A stretch of 32,000 nucleotides of DNA, from assembly GCF_000010065.1 (NCBI RefSeq), contig NC_006576.1, positions 2,010,001 through 2,042,000 of the forward strand. The letters are read 5' to 3'. Position 1 is the stretch's first letter, and each line of letters starts with the position of its first letter. The position numbers and the translations under genes are program-made. Shown in pieces: positions 1-8,196 of this stretch. The notes below the pieces were generated by a model that did not search any database, had not been told where the DNA came from, and saw nothing but the letters and a program-made list of their open reading frames with translations. Source of the DNA: Synechococcus elongatus PCC 6301. Its GTDB lineage: Bacteria; Cyanobacteriota; Cyanobacteriia; Synechococcales; Synechococcaceae.

Positions 1-483
1 GAGAATGCTCTGAAGAGCCCGTTCGGTGCGCTCTAAATTGGTCAGTCGGGCTTGTAAATCTGTGAGCTGTCGGGCGACATCCTCCGCTTGAACATTGACG
101 GTATCGACCCGCCCGAGAGCCCGAAAGGCGGCGATCGCGGTCTCTAACCGGTCTGCGGGGATCCGCGCCTGCAGGGTGGCACTGGGGGAATCGCCGCTGG
201 ACTCGGTCTGCTGCAAAATGTCCCCCTGCTCTCGATTCACGATCGCTTGCGCCGACCGTACCGCTGTGGGCACATCTTGAACAGCCAGTTGCATCGTGGC
301 TGTCTTAGCGAGTTGGGGCCGAGGGGCATTAGCACGGGGAGCCTCAGCTGCTTGATTGGCTGCTGCCTCGGGCACCACACTGGGCGCCGAGGCAGGTGAA
401 CTACTGGTTTCAGTGCAGCCGCCCAAGAGAGCACTGCCCGTCGCCACTAAGGTAATCAGAGACAAGGAGAGAGAACGCTTCAC
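1..483 (-). CDS. DUF4349-like lipoprotein, N-terminal part (gene runs off the left edge)
   Basis: The minus-strand frame from GTG (comp. 481-483) stays open to position 1. It is absent from the ORF track because it is truncated. Hand translation gives VKRSLSLSLITLVATGSALLGGCTETSS..., a signal peptide with lipobox LLGG|C. The downstream ...ATLQARIPADRLETAIAAFRALGRVDTVNVQAEDVARQLTDLQARLTNLE... resembles the DUF4349 pattern. Confidence 0.55.
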   Translation of the reverse strand, partial: MKRSLSLSLITLVATGSALLGGCTETSSSPASAPSVVPEAAANQAAEAPRANAPRPQLAKTATMQLAVQDVPTAVRSAQAIVNREQGDILQQTESSGDSPSATLQARIPADRLETAIAAFRALGRVDTVNVQAEDVARQLTDLQARLTNLERTERALQSIL

Positions 484-537
484 GGCCTAGGGCCTCCCAG
501 CAATACCCCCAAGCTGCCCTAGGTGAACGACCGCTGG

Positions 538-1068
538 CTAAGGGGTCTGTGGCAGTTCTACAACCTCTGCAAGGGCAAGGGCTTCAGCACTGCGATCGCT
601 GGTCTGACAGGAGACAGGCAGCTCTTGGTTGAACAGAACCATGGTGGTGGTGGAGTTGACCGAAAAGCCGACTTTTTCGTAAAAGCGCTGCTGGTGCGTG
701 GTCATCAGATAGACCCGTTCCGCATGGCTGACGTGGGGGTGGCTGAGTACCGTCTCGACCAGCTTGCGACCGATGCCGCTCCCTTGAAAGTCTGGATGGA
801 CGATCACATCCCAAATGGTGGCGCGATAGATGCCATCGGAGGTGGCGCGGGCAAATCCAAGCAGGCGATCGCCAATGTGAGCGCTGACGACCGGCTCACT
901 ATTGCGAACCGCAATCTGGAGTTGTTCAATGCTGCGATCGCGGCCCCAAAAGGCCGTCAGTTCAAACAGGCGGCGCAGTTGCTCAAAGTCCAAACGTCGG
1001 GCTGCACTGTGACCACCCCGAAACTCCTCTGGAGTATGGATTTGGTACACAACACGGCTGTTGCTCAT
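538..1068 (-). CDS. GNAT family N-acetyltransferase
   Basis: 176-aa ORF with an acetyl-CoA binding motif (VHPDFQGSGIGRKLV) followed by FYEKVGF, typical of the GNAT fold. The 205-aa + strand ORF over it is judged an antisense artefact. Confidence 0.8.
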   Translation of the reverse strand: MSNSRVVYQIHTPEEFRGGHSAARRLDFEQLRRLFELTAFWGRDRSIEQLQIAVRNSEPVVSAHIGDRLLGFARATSDGIYRATIWDVIVHPDFQGSGIGRKLVETVLSHPHVSHAERVYLMTTHQQRFYEKVGFSVNSTTTMVLFNQELPVSCQTSDRSAEALALAEVVELPQTP

Positions 1069-1237
1069 AGTGACGTGACCTCGAAGGGACTGCCGGCAGC
1101 CCCAGAACAGAAAGGGAATCTTAACTATTCCCCAGCATAGAGTCCGTGTCGAGTTTCAGGGCGATCGCTCGGGGCAATCGGCAAGCTGGCTCGGGTGACA
1201 GCGATGAGGTCGCGATCGCCCCTAGACTGGGACTGCA

Positions 1238-1753
1238 ATGATTGCTGTCGCTATGCCTCGGCGTTTTTCTCTGTTGTTGTTTGCGATCGCTTGTACGGTC
1301 TGCTTACTGCTCGGCAGTGGCCTAGAGCGTTTGCAAGCCGCGACCTATGTCCCTGTCGATACAGTTGACCCAATCCAACCGCGCTATGCCTTGGGACAGC
1401 AAGCCTATCGAGAAAGCTGTGGCAGTTGCCATGTGGCGTTGCCGCCGGAAGTCTTGCCAATCCAAACCTGGCAAATTTTGCTGAACGACACGCAGCATTA
1501 CGGCACGATATTACCTGCCATCGATGTGCCGACTCAGCGACTGATCGGGAATTACCTACGGGCTTACACGCGATCGCTCGCGGTCGGTGAAACAGTCCCC
1601 TACCGTCTCCGCAATTCAGTGCTGTTCCGATCGCTTCACCCCCAGGTGAATGTGCCGAGTACAGGACAAATCAATAGTTGCATCAGCTGCCATCCGGCCG
1701 CATCTCAATTTTCCTATCGGCAACTCTCTCCCGAGTGGCAAAGCAGCCGCTGA
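1238..1753 (+). CDS. Diheme c-type cytochrome (DHC-like), secreted
   Basis: 171-aa ORF with an N-terminal hydrophobic signal (RRFSLLLFAIACTVCLLLG) and two CxxCH heme-binding motifs (CGSCH, CISCH). An alternative start exists at ATG 1253. Confidence 0.75.
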   Translation: MIAVAMPRRFSLLLFAIACTVCLLLGSGLERLQAATYVPVDTVDPIQPRYALGQQAYRESCGSCHVALPPEVLPIQTWQILLNDTQHYGTILPAIDVPTQRLIGNYLRAYTRSLAVGETVPYRLRNSVLFRSLHPQVNVPSTGQINSCISCHPAASQFSYRQLSPEWQSSR

Positions 1754-1825
1754 GGGAGTCTTGCTAACACGACAAACCGTTGCTCAAAGCTCTGGAGAAA
1801 ATCTAGGGCTTTTACTTTCGGCCTA

Positions 1826-1854
1826 GGTTGATTGCCACAAGAAATTGGTTGATT
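1826..1854 (+). promoter_or_regulatory. Tandem 8-mer GGTTGATT x2 with 21-bp register, candidate operator upstream of the MFS gene
   Basis: GGTTGATT occurs at 1826-1833 and again at 1847-1854, in the AT-rich intergenic region about 110-135 nt upstream of the MFS start. Confidence 0.25.
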
Positions 1855-1900
1855 TTTGTTTCTTATTTGTACGCCAACTCAGTTGACGATCCTTCCTTGC

Positions 1901-1961
1901 TATCAATCCTTAATAAGTTTTGGAGCTGATAACTCAGGTAGGGATCCGAAAGTATAGTGAG
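1901..1961 (+). repeat. Left copy of an imperfect direct repeat bracketing the MFS gene
   Basis: Collinear blocks TATCAATC / AATAAG / TTTTGGAG / GAGCTGAT / ATAGTG are shared with 3424-3487. Confidence 0.35.
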
Positions 1962-3400
1962 TGGTTGTTTCATCTCACTCGGCTATGAGTTCCTCCATTG
2001 CCAAAAGTGTTCAGAGCCATATTGATGAAACGCCTCCCCGTCCTCTGAGCTCCATGCAGTGGCAAATCTGGAGTTTGGCCGCGATGGGGAAGCTATTTGA
2101 AGGCATGGTGATTTTTATTACCGGTGTAGCTGTTCCATTGATTGAAAGAGACTTTAATCTCTCTTCTGCACTCAAGGGCTCTGTTGCGGCGGCATCTTTG
2201 TTGGGAATCTTGATTGGAGCTTCCCTGTTTGGCAACTTGGCCGATCGCTATGGGCGAAAGTTTGTCTTCGTCATTGAGATGGCAATTTTTACAATTGCGA
2301 TCGCCCTATCCGCTGTAGCTTGGAATGTCTCGGCTTTAATTTTCTTTCTGTTTTGTAGTGGCTTGGCCCTAGGGGCCGATTATCCTATTGCCCATATTAT
2401 TGTGTCTGAATCAATTCCCAGCCGATTTCGTGGCCGGATGGTATTGGGAGCCTTTGCCTTTCAATCTGTGGGATCTCTGGCTGGTGTATTGATTGGCCTA
2501 CTGGTTTTGCGAATTTATCCAGAAGTAGGTGCTTGGCACTGGATGTATGCAGCTCTTGTGATTCCAAGTATCCTTGTCTTCCTGATGAGAACTAAACTAC
2601 CAGAAAGTCCTCACTGGTTGGTCTCTCGCAAACAGTTTGAACTCGCTCATCGGGCGGCTAAAGCATTGCTGCAACGGCCTGTAGCGATCGCTCAGAATGA
2701 TTCCGATGGGGAGCGGCAAAATCCCCGACTCGGCTACAGAAGATTATTGACGCCTCGATACCTAAGAGCGACAGTTCTTACTGCTGTTCCTTGGTTTCTT
2801 CAGGATCTAGCAACCTATGGAATTGGAATTTTTACACCTACGATATTGGCAACATTATTCACAAAAGCTCAGCCTAACTTTGTCCTTCAAGACATGATTG
2901 CCACAGAAGGTTCAGGCCTTATCGATCTATTCTTGCTTGTGGGCTTTGCTGCTTCTATCCCGTTGGTTGACAAATTTGGGCGTATCCCCCTGCAGATCAT
3001 TGGCTTTATTGGCTGTTCGGTTGGACTCATCATTGCTTCTCTGTCGGCAGTGAGCATCCCAGAAAGTCATGAGCTGAGGATTCTCTTCATTTTTGGTGGA
3101 TTTATTCTTTTCAACTTCATGACTAATTTGGGGCCGAACGCAATGACCTACGTTTTGTCAGGGGAAGTATTCCCTACAGAAATACGAGGTGTCGGAGCGG
3201 GCTTTGCTGCTTCTTTTGCCAAGATTGGTGCGGTTGCCACAGCCTTCTTCTTCCCAATCCTGCGTGAGCAAATTGGAACAGTTGCTCTGCTGTGTGGTTT
3301 GGCTGTCACATCGCTCTTGGGTGCGCTGGTAACATTTCTCTTTCGAATTGAGCCCAATGGCCACAGTCTTGAAGAATTAAGCGAGAAGCCTCTTGTTTAG
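1961..3400 (+). CDS. MFS transporter, sugar-porter family
   Basis: 479-aa ORF with about 12 hydrophobic segments. It carries MFS motif A (GNLADRYGRKF) and sugar-porter signatures PESPHWL and PTEIRGVGAG. The start is GTG 1961 or ATG 1985. The gene is visibly AT-richer than its neighbours. Confidence 0.85.
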   Translation: MVVSSHSAMSSSIAKSVQSHIDETPPRPLSSMQWQIWSLAAMGKLFEGMVIFITGVAVPLIERDFNLSSALKGSVAAASLLGILIGASLFGNLADRYGRKFVFVIEMAIFTIAIALSAVAWNVSALIFFLFCSGLALGADYPIAHIIVSESIPSRFRGRMVLGAFAFQSVGSLAGVLIGLLVLRIYPEVGAWHWMYAALVIPSILVFLMRTKLPESPHWLVSRKQFELAHRAAKALLQRPVAIAQNDSDGERQNPRLGYRRLLTPRYLRATVLTAVPWFLQDLATYGIGIFTPTILATLFTKAQPNFVLQDMIATEGSGLIDLFLLVGFAASIPLVDKFGRIPLQIIGFIGCSVGLIIASLSAVSIPESHELRILFIFGGFILFNFMTNLGPNAMTYVLSGEVFPTEIRGVGAGFAASFAKIGAVATAFFFPILREQIGTVALLCGLAVTSLLGALVTFLFRIEPNGHSLEELSEKPLV

Positions 3401-3423
3401 CAGTTGTCAGTCACTCAGATCTC

Positions 3424-3487
3424 TGTCAATCAATAAGAGTCAATAATTTTTTGGAGACAATTCTGAGCTGATGATTTGGATAGTGTG
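3424..3487 (+). repeat. Right copy of the imperfect direct repeat bracketing the MFS gene
   Basis: Blocks TGTCAATC / AATAAG / TTTTGGAG / GAGCTGAT / ATAGTG appear in the same order as 1901-1961, with small internal insertions. Confidence 0.35.
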
Positions 3488-3541
3488 AATGTTAATTAGC
3501 CGCGTTCATTTGATTTCTGGTTTCTGTATTTTACCTGGTCG

Positions 3542-3976
3542 ATGATCTTCGCCGAGCGATCGCTCTGGATAGGCATTGGTTTTCAGCAGGCAGCGACAGT
3601 CGCAGACTTGCAGACAGCGATCGCTCAAGCCTGTGGACAACTATCGATTTCGCGGGCGGCAATCGCTGGATTAGCCAGCCTTGAGCACAAGTTGCCCTCT
3701 TTGACGGCGATCGCTCAGCCATTTCACTGGGAACTGCGGGGCTTTTCGGCAGCGGAATTAGCAGCGATCGCGGTGCCTCATCCCTGTTCTAGAGTTGCAG
3801 AGCAAATGCAAACTGCTAGCGTCGCCGAAGCGGCAGCTTTAGCAGCAATTCAACCGCAGGCAGGGATTCTCCTGTTACCGAAGCGAGTCTTTCACCTGAA
3901 TCAGACCGCAATTACCCTGGCGATCGCGGCCCCAGTCCCCGTCCAGCCGGGTGCTAGCATCCCGTCAGGTCTTTGA
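3542..3976 (+). CDS. Stand-alone CbiG C-terminal / CobE-like cobalamin biosynthesis domain protein
   Basis: 144-aa ORF. LWIGIGFQQAATVADLQTAIAQA...AGLASLEHK...LRGFSAAELAAI.VPHP...V.....TASVAEAAALAA matches the CbiG_C/CobE domain pattern as I recall it. No CbiG N-terminal domain is present. Confidence 0.6.
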   Translation: MIFAERSLWIGIGFQQAATVADLQTAIAQACGQLSISRAAIAGLASLEHKLPSLTAIAQPFHWELRGFSAAELAAIAVPHPCSRVAEQMQTASVAEAAALAAIQPQAGILLLPKRVFHLNQTAITLAIAAPVPVQPGASIPSGL

Positions 3977-3984
3977 GCTTGGGC

Positions 3985-5649
3985 ATGGCTGATCCGCTCC
4001 TAGAAATTCGGCAATTGCAAATCTGCTTTGGAGAGGCGATCGCTCTGCAAGGATTGGATCTGGTGGTTCAGCCTGGGGAATCTGTCGGAATTGTTGGCGA
4101 ATCGGGGTCTGGTAAATCGGTTGCTTGCTTGGCCATTCCGGGCTTGTTGCCCAAGACGGCCCGCTGCAGTGGTCAGATTGCCTTTCGATCGGTAGCGGGA
4201 CAATCCAGTCGAGATCTCTTGACGCTACCAGAACGCGAGTTGCGACAGTTGCGGGGCGATCGCCTCGGCTTCATTTTTCAGGAGCCGCTTAGCTCTCTCA
4301 ATCCAGTTTTTAGCGCCGGTTTTCAGCTGCTAGAGGCCATCCAACAGCATTTGCCTTTGAGTCAGGCGGAAGCCCAACAGCGAGTGATCGCGCTCCTTCA
4401 GGAAGTTCAGCTGATTCGCGAGCCGTCTCAGGCTGCCCAGATTCTGCGACGCTATCCGCACCAACTATCTGGCGGGCAGCGTCAACGCTTGATGATTGCG
4501 ATCGCCCTAGCGGCCAATCCCGACCTCTTGCTGGCAGATGAACCGACGACAGCTCTGGATGCCACGGTGCAAGCCTCAGTGCTGCAACTGTTGCGCCGCC
4601 TGCAGCAGCAACGGCAGATGGCGATGATTTTTGTCAGTCATGACCTTGGGGTGATTGCCGAAGTCGCCGATCGCGTCGTGGTGCTCTATCGCGGCCAGGT
4701 CGTTGAGCAAGGTCGAGTGGCCGACGTCCTGAATTCCCCTCAGCATCCTTACACTCAGGGGCTGGTGGCTTGCCGACCGCAGATCAATCCCCGCAGTTGC
4801 TATCTCCCCACCGTTGCTGATTTTCTGGAAGGCCAAACCGAACCGCGATCGCTGCCACCCCGATCGCCAGCCACCCAGCCGCTGTTGCAGGTCGAGCAGC
4901 TTGGCATTACCTATCGTGGTCGTAGTACGGCTTTTCAGGCGGTGCAAAACCTTTCCTTTACCCTGCCCGCCGGTTTGACCCTAGGACTCGTGGGCGAGTC
5001 GGGCTGTGGCAAAAGTAGCTTGGCTCGCTGTCTCGTCGGGTTAGTTCCTGCGAGTGAGGGGCAAATTTGGCTCGATCAACAGCCGCTTGATCTGCGATCG
5101 TCGCGCGATCGCCAGCGACTTCGCCAGACGGTACAAATGGTCTTTCAAGATCCGGCGGCAGCCCTTGATCCACGCTGGACCGTGGGATCCGCGATTCTAG
5201 AACCCTTGCGGATCAAACAACCGCGCCGCGATCGCACCGCTGATCAACGCCTGCTTAAACAATGGTTGCAACGGGTCGATCTGCCGACAGATATCGGCGA
5301 TCGCTACCCCCACGAGTTTTCCGGTGGCCAGCGGCAGCGCATCTGTATTGCCCGCGCCCTGATTGGTCAGCCGCGCTTGCTAATTTGTGATGAATCGGTT
5401 TCAGCGCTAGATGTCTCGGTGCAGGCGCAAATTCTCAACTTGCTCAAGCAACTGCAGGCGGAGCTGGGGTTGACCTACCTGTTCATCTCCCACGATCTCG
5501 CGGTGGTGCGCTACATGAGCGATCGCATTTTGGTGATGAATCAGGGTCAGCTTGAAGAAGATAGCCCAACGGAGCAACTCTTCCAGCGGCCGCAATCAGA
5601 CTACACGCGCCGCCTGATTGCGGCTATCCCCGGAGAAGTCGCAGCTTAA
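3985..5649 (+). CDS. ABC transporter ATP-binding protein, two fused ATPase domains (Dpp/Opp/nickel-type)
   Basis: There are two Walker A motifs (GESGSGKS, GESGCGKS), two signature motifs (LSGGQRQR, FSGGQRQR) and two Walker B motifs (LLLADEPT, LLICDESV). The track ORF starts at TTG 3973, overlapping the upstream stop. ATG 3985 (MADPLLEIRQL) is preferred. Confidence 0.9.
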   Translation: MADPLLEIRQLQICFGEAIALQGLDLVVQPGESVGIVGESGSGKSVACLAIPGLLPKTARCSGQIAFRSVAGQSSRDLLTLPERELRQLRGDRLGFIFQEPLSSLNPVFSAGFQLLEAIQQHLPLSQAEAQQRVIALLQEVQLIREPSQAAQILRRYPHQLSGGQRQRLMIAIALAANPDLLLADEPTTALDATVQASVLQLLRRLQQQRQMAMIFVSHDLGVIAEVADRVVVLYRGQVVEQGRVADVLNSPQHPYTQGLVACRPQINPRSCYLPTVADFLEGQTEPRSLPPRSPATQPLLQVEQLGITYRGRSTAFQAVQNLSFTLPAGLTLGLVGESGCGKSSLARCLVGLVPASEGQIWLDQQPLDLRSSRDRQRLRQTVQMVFQDPAAALDPRWTVGSAILEPLRIKQPRRDRTADQRLLKQWLQRVDLPTDIGDRYPHEFSGGQRQRICIARALIGQPRLLICDESVSALDVSVQAQILNLLKQLQAELGLTYLFISHDLAVVRYMSDRILVMNQGQLEEDSPTEQLFQRPQSDYTRRLIAAIPGEVAA

Positions 5650-5656
5650 ATACTGG

Positions 5657-6364
5657 CTAATGTGAGTCGAGATCTGACTGCTGGGCTTGCCAAGCTTGGT
5701 AAAGGTCGGGGCGCCGATCGCGAGTTCGTTCCAGTTGCTGCTGCCGTCGCCAAGCGGCGATCGCCCCATGATTACCCGACAGCAATACTTCAGGAACTTT
5801 CAGCCCCCGAAATTCTGCTGGCCGCGTGTAGTGCGGATAATCCAGCAAGCCATCGCTAAAACTATCGCAGCGGTGTGATTCTTCCTTCCCAATCGTGCCG
5901 GGCCGCAACCGCAACACGCCATTGAGCAGGGCTAGCGCCGGAATTTCGCCGCAGGTCAGCACAAAATCACCCAGAGAAATCTCCCGATCAATCCAGGTCA
6001 TCACTCGCTCGTCGATGCCCTCGTAGTGACCGCAGACCAGCACCAGCTGCTCCACCGACGTGGCTAAATCTTGAAACAGCGCTTGGGTCATCGGCTCGCC
6101 CTGGGGGCTGAGGTAGATCACCTGTCGAGGGGTAACAACCGGCAAAGACTCCAGCGCCGCTGCCAGAGGTTCAGGCTTGAGCACCATTCCCGCCCCACCG
6201 CCGTAAGGCTCATCGTCTACCTTGTGATGGCGATCGCAGGTGAAGTCTCGCGGGTTGGTGCAGTGCACTTCCGCCAATCCTTTTGCGATCGCTTTGGCGA
6301 TCAGTCCCGATTGCAGGGGGCTATGGAAGAACTCTGGGAAGAGGGTGATCAGATCAAACCGCAT
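5657..6364 (-). CDS. trmD: tRNA (guanine37-N1)-methyltransferase
   Basis: 235-aa ORF. The MRFDLITLFPEFF N-terminus and ...DDEPYGGGAGMVLKPEP... are classic TrmD motifs. Confidence 0.92.
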   Translation of the reverse strand: MRFDLITLFPEFFHSPLQSGLIAKAIAKGLAEVHCTNPRDFTCDRHHKVDDEPYGGGAGMVLKPEPLAAALESLPVVTPRQVIYLSPQGEPMTQALFQDLATSVEQLVLVCGHYEGIDERVMTWIDREISLGDFVLTCGEIPALALLNGVLRLRPGTIGKEESHRCDSFSDGLLDYPHYTRPAEFRGLKVPEVLLSGNHGAIAAWRRQQQLERTRDRRPDLYQAWQAQQSDLDSH

Positions 6365-6369
6365 CAGTT

Positions 6370-6846
6370 CTAAGCAGCCTCAGCGACAGCCGCCAAGGGC
6401 TGCCAAGAAAAGCCGCGATCGCCCCCCATTTCAATCACCACTTTCAACCGTGGCTCAGCCTGAGGCAGCGTCACAAAGTAGCTCAGCTCTTGGGGAGAGA
6501 GTACATGACCTTCCAATAGCCACAGCACCAACCCTTTGGCGTTGGCAGGCAGGTTTTGGAGCGGATAGCCCACCAGCGGCAAAACATATTCAACGCGACC
6601 CACTGCTGCTTCATTGCCGATCGTTTGTTTACCCAAGTGGGGCGGTCGTACCCCGTGGATATCCATCAGAAACTGAGCTGGATCGCCCAGCCCGCGGGCA
6701 CTGTAGGTCAGCGCACTGTAGCCTTTGCTGCGCAGCCGTCGTAGATAGCGACCTTCGTAGCCACCCTCAAGCGGGGCATAGACGGCTAGGGCACCCTCTT
6801 GTTCTAAGGCCCGCAAAAATTTGCTGCCAGTGGTGATCAATGCCAT
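6370..6846 (-). CDS. ndhN: NAD(P)H-quinone oxidoreductase (NDH-1) subunit N
   Basis: 158-aa ORF. MALITTGSKFLRALEQEGALAVYAPLEGGYEGRYLRRLR...HGVRPPHLGK...LVLWLLEG... closely parallels cyanobacterial NdhN as I recall it. Confidence 0.85.
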   Translation of the reverse strand: MALITTGSKFLRALEQEGALAVYAPLEGGYEGRYLRRLRSKGYSALTYSARGLGDPAQFLMDIHGVRPPHLGKQTIGNEAAVGRVEYVLPLVGYPLQNLPANAKGLVLWLLEGHVLSPQELSYFVTLPQAEPRLKVVIEMGGDRGFSWQPLAAVAEAA

Positions 6847-7510
6847 TCAGACCTTCCTCGGGTAGCGTGATTGCTGGATACAGTCGCAGTGACCTTGCTT
6901 ATTTTGGCCTAGGCGGTGCTGGCGCGGATCTCAGAACTGACCAAAATCGGGACAACAATTTTTATCGTCGCTATTGATCAAGTTGCCGAACCGAATAGTT
7001 GGGGCTCAAGTCAGCTGGTTCTGTTGGCAAAGATCGCTGGGGCCTTGAAAGCAATCCCTCCCAACCCTGTATGTACTAGCCGGCATCGACAGGCTGCGTC
7101 TGTGAGTCCTTTTCGATCTGCGATCGTGGGCACTCTACTCCAGCTTGAAGCAATCAAAAATCTCCTTACCGTATCGGTAGACACGATTCAGCAAAATGGT
7201 GTATTGTTTATATTTGTCGCTCTGTTGCGGTAAGCACGACCCAACGCTCTCGTGCCTAGGCCGCTGCAAACCAGCGATAATTTCGTTGCCGACCGGAAAA
7301 CGCTCTGGCAATTTGCAAGATTAGTCTTGCAGTTCAGGATACTGAAGTTTTGCTTCAAGTCCTTGCCAGTCAGATAGCAGGTTTCACCAGCGATCGCCTC
7401 CCACGTCGACACGAATAATTGCTTGGGGATGAAACATAACCTGTTTCACCCGCTCGGGCTGCTTTGCAGTCTGAGAACCTCGTAGCGTTGATGCAGGAGT
7501 CTCATTGACC

Positions 7511-8152
7511 GTGTCTATCGGTATACTCGGCACCAAGCTCGGCATGACCCAGATTTTCGATGAATCTGGCAAGGCAGTTCCCGTAACTGTCATTCAGGCT
7601 GGGCCTTGCCCAATCACTCAGATCAAAACCGTGGCGACGGATGGTTACAACGCCATCCAAATCGGTTTCTTGGAAGTGCGTGAAAAGCAACTGTCCAAGC
7701 CCGAGCTAGGTCACCTCTCCAAAGCAGGTGCACCGCCCCTTCGTCACCTCTTGGAGTACCGCGTTCCCAGCACCGATGGTTTGGAGCTGGGTCAAGCCCT
7801 GACCGCCGATCGCTTTGAAGCGGGTCAAAAGGTGGATGTGCAAGGTCACACCATTGGTCGTGGTTTCACCGGTTATCAAAAGCGTCACGGTTTTGCCCGT
7901 GGCCCTATGAGCCACGGTTCGAAAAACCATCGTCTCCCCGGTTCGACGGGTGCAGGGACGACGCCGGGTCGCGTCTATCCCGGTAAGCGGATGGCCGGTC
8001 GCTCTGGCAACGACAAAACGACGATTCGCGGCTTGACCGTTGTTCGAGTCGATGCAGACCGTAATCTGCTTCTAGTCAAAGGTTCGGTTCCGGGTAAACC
8101 AGGCGCTCTGCTCAACATCACGCCCGCCACTGTGGTCGGGCAGCAGGCCTAA
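7511..8152 (+). CDS. rplC: 50S ribosomal protein L3
   Basis: [17 protein letters not shown]... The track ORF begins at TTG 7505. GTG 7511 gives the conserved MSIGILG N-terminus. Confidence 0.95.
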   Translation: MSIGILGTKLGMTQIFDESGKAVPVTVIQAGPCPITQIKTVATDGYNAIQIGFLEVREKQLSKPELGHLSKAGAPPLRHLLEYRVPSTDGLELGQALTADRFEAGQKVDVQGHTIGRGFTGYQKRHGFARGPMSHGSKNHRLPGSTGAGTTPGRVYPGKRMAGRSGNDKTTIRGLTVVRVDADRNLLLVKGSVPGKPGALLNITPATVVGQQA

Positions 8153-8196
8153 GAAGATGTGGGCGATTGCAGAACTGACTCGTTTGGTGCAGAAGC

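Noticed and set aside
523-1140. 205-aa + strand ORF overlapping the GNAT gene.
   Set aside because: The minus-strand frame has clear GNAT motifs, and the + frame has none. It is an antisense artefact.
3401-3541. Possible cobalamin riboswitch upstream of the CbiG-C/CobE-like gene.
   Set aside because: The spacer is AT-rich and lacks the GC-rich conserved core (B12-box-like) elements. Its length and content are inconsistent with that riboswitch class.
6240-6836. 198-aa + strand ORF across ndhN and trmD.
   Set aside because: It is opposite two well-supported genes. Its translation is R/S/P-rich with no motifs.
6916-7412. 105-aa (+) and 74-aa (-) ORFs in the ndhN-rplC spacer, considered as possible small proteins or a degraded rpsJ.
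   Set aside because: They show no similarity to S10 or any family I recognise, have no convincing RBS, and their composition is atypical. The region is treated as non-coding leader and reported as a finding instead.
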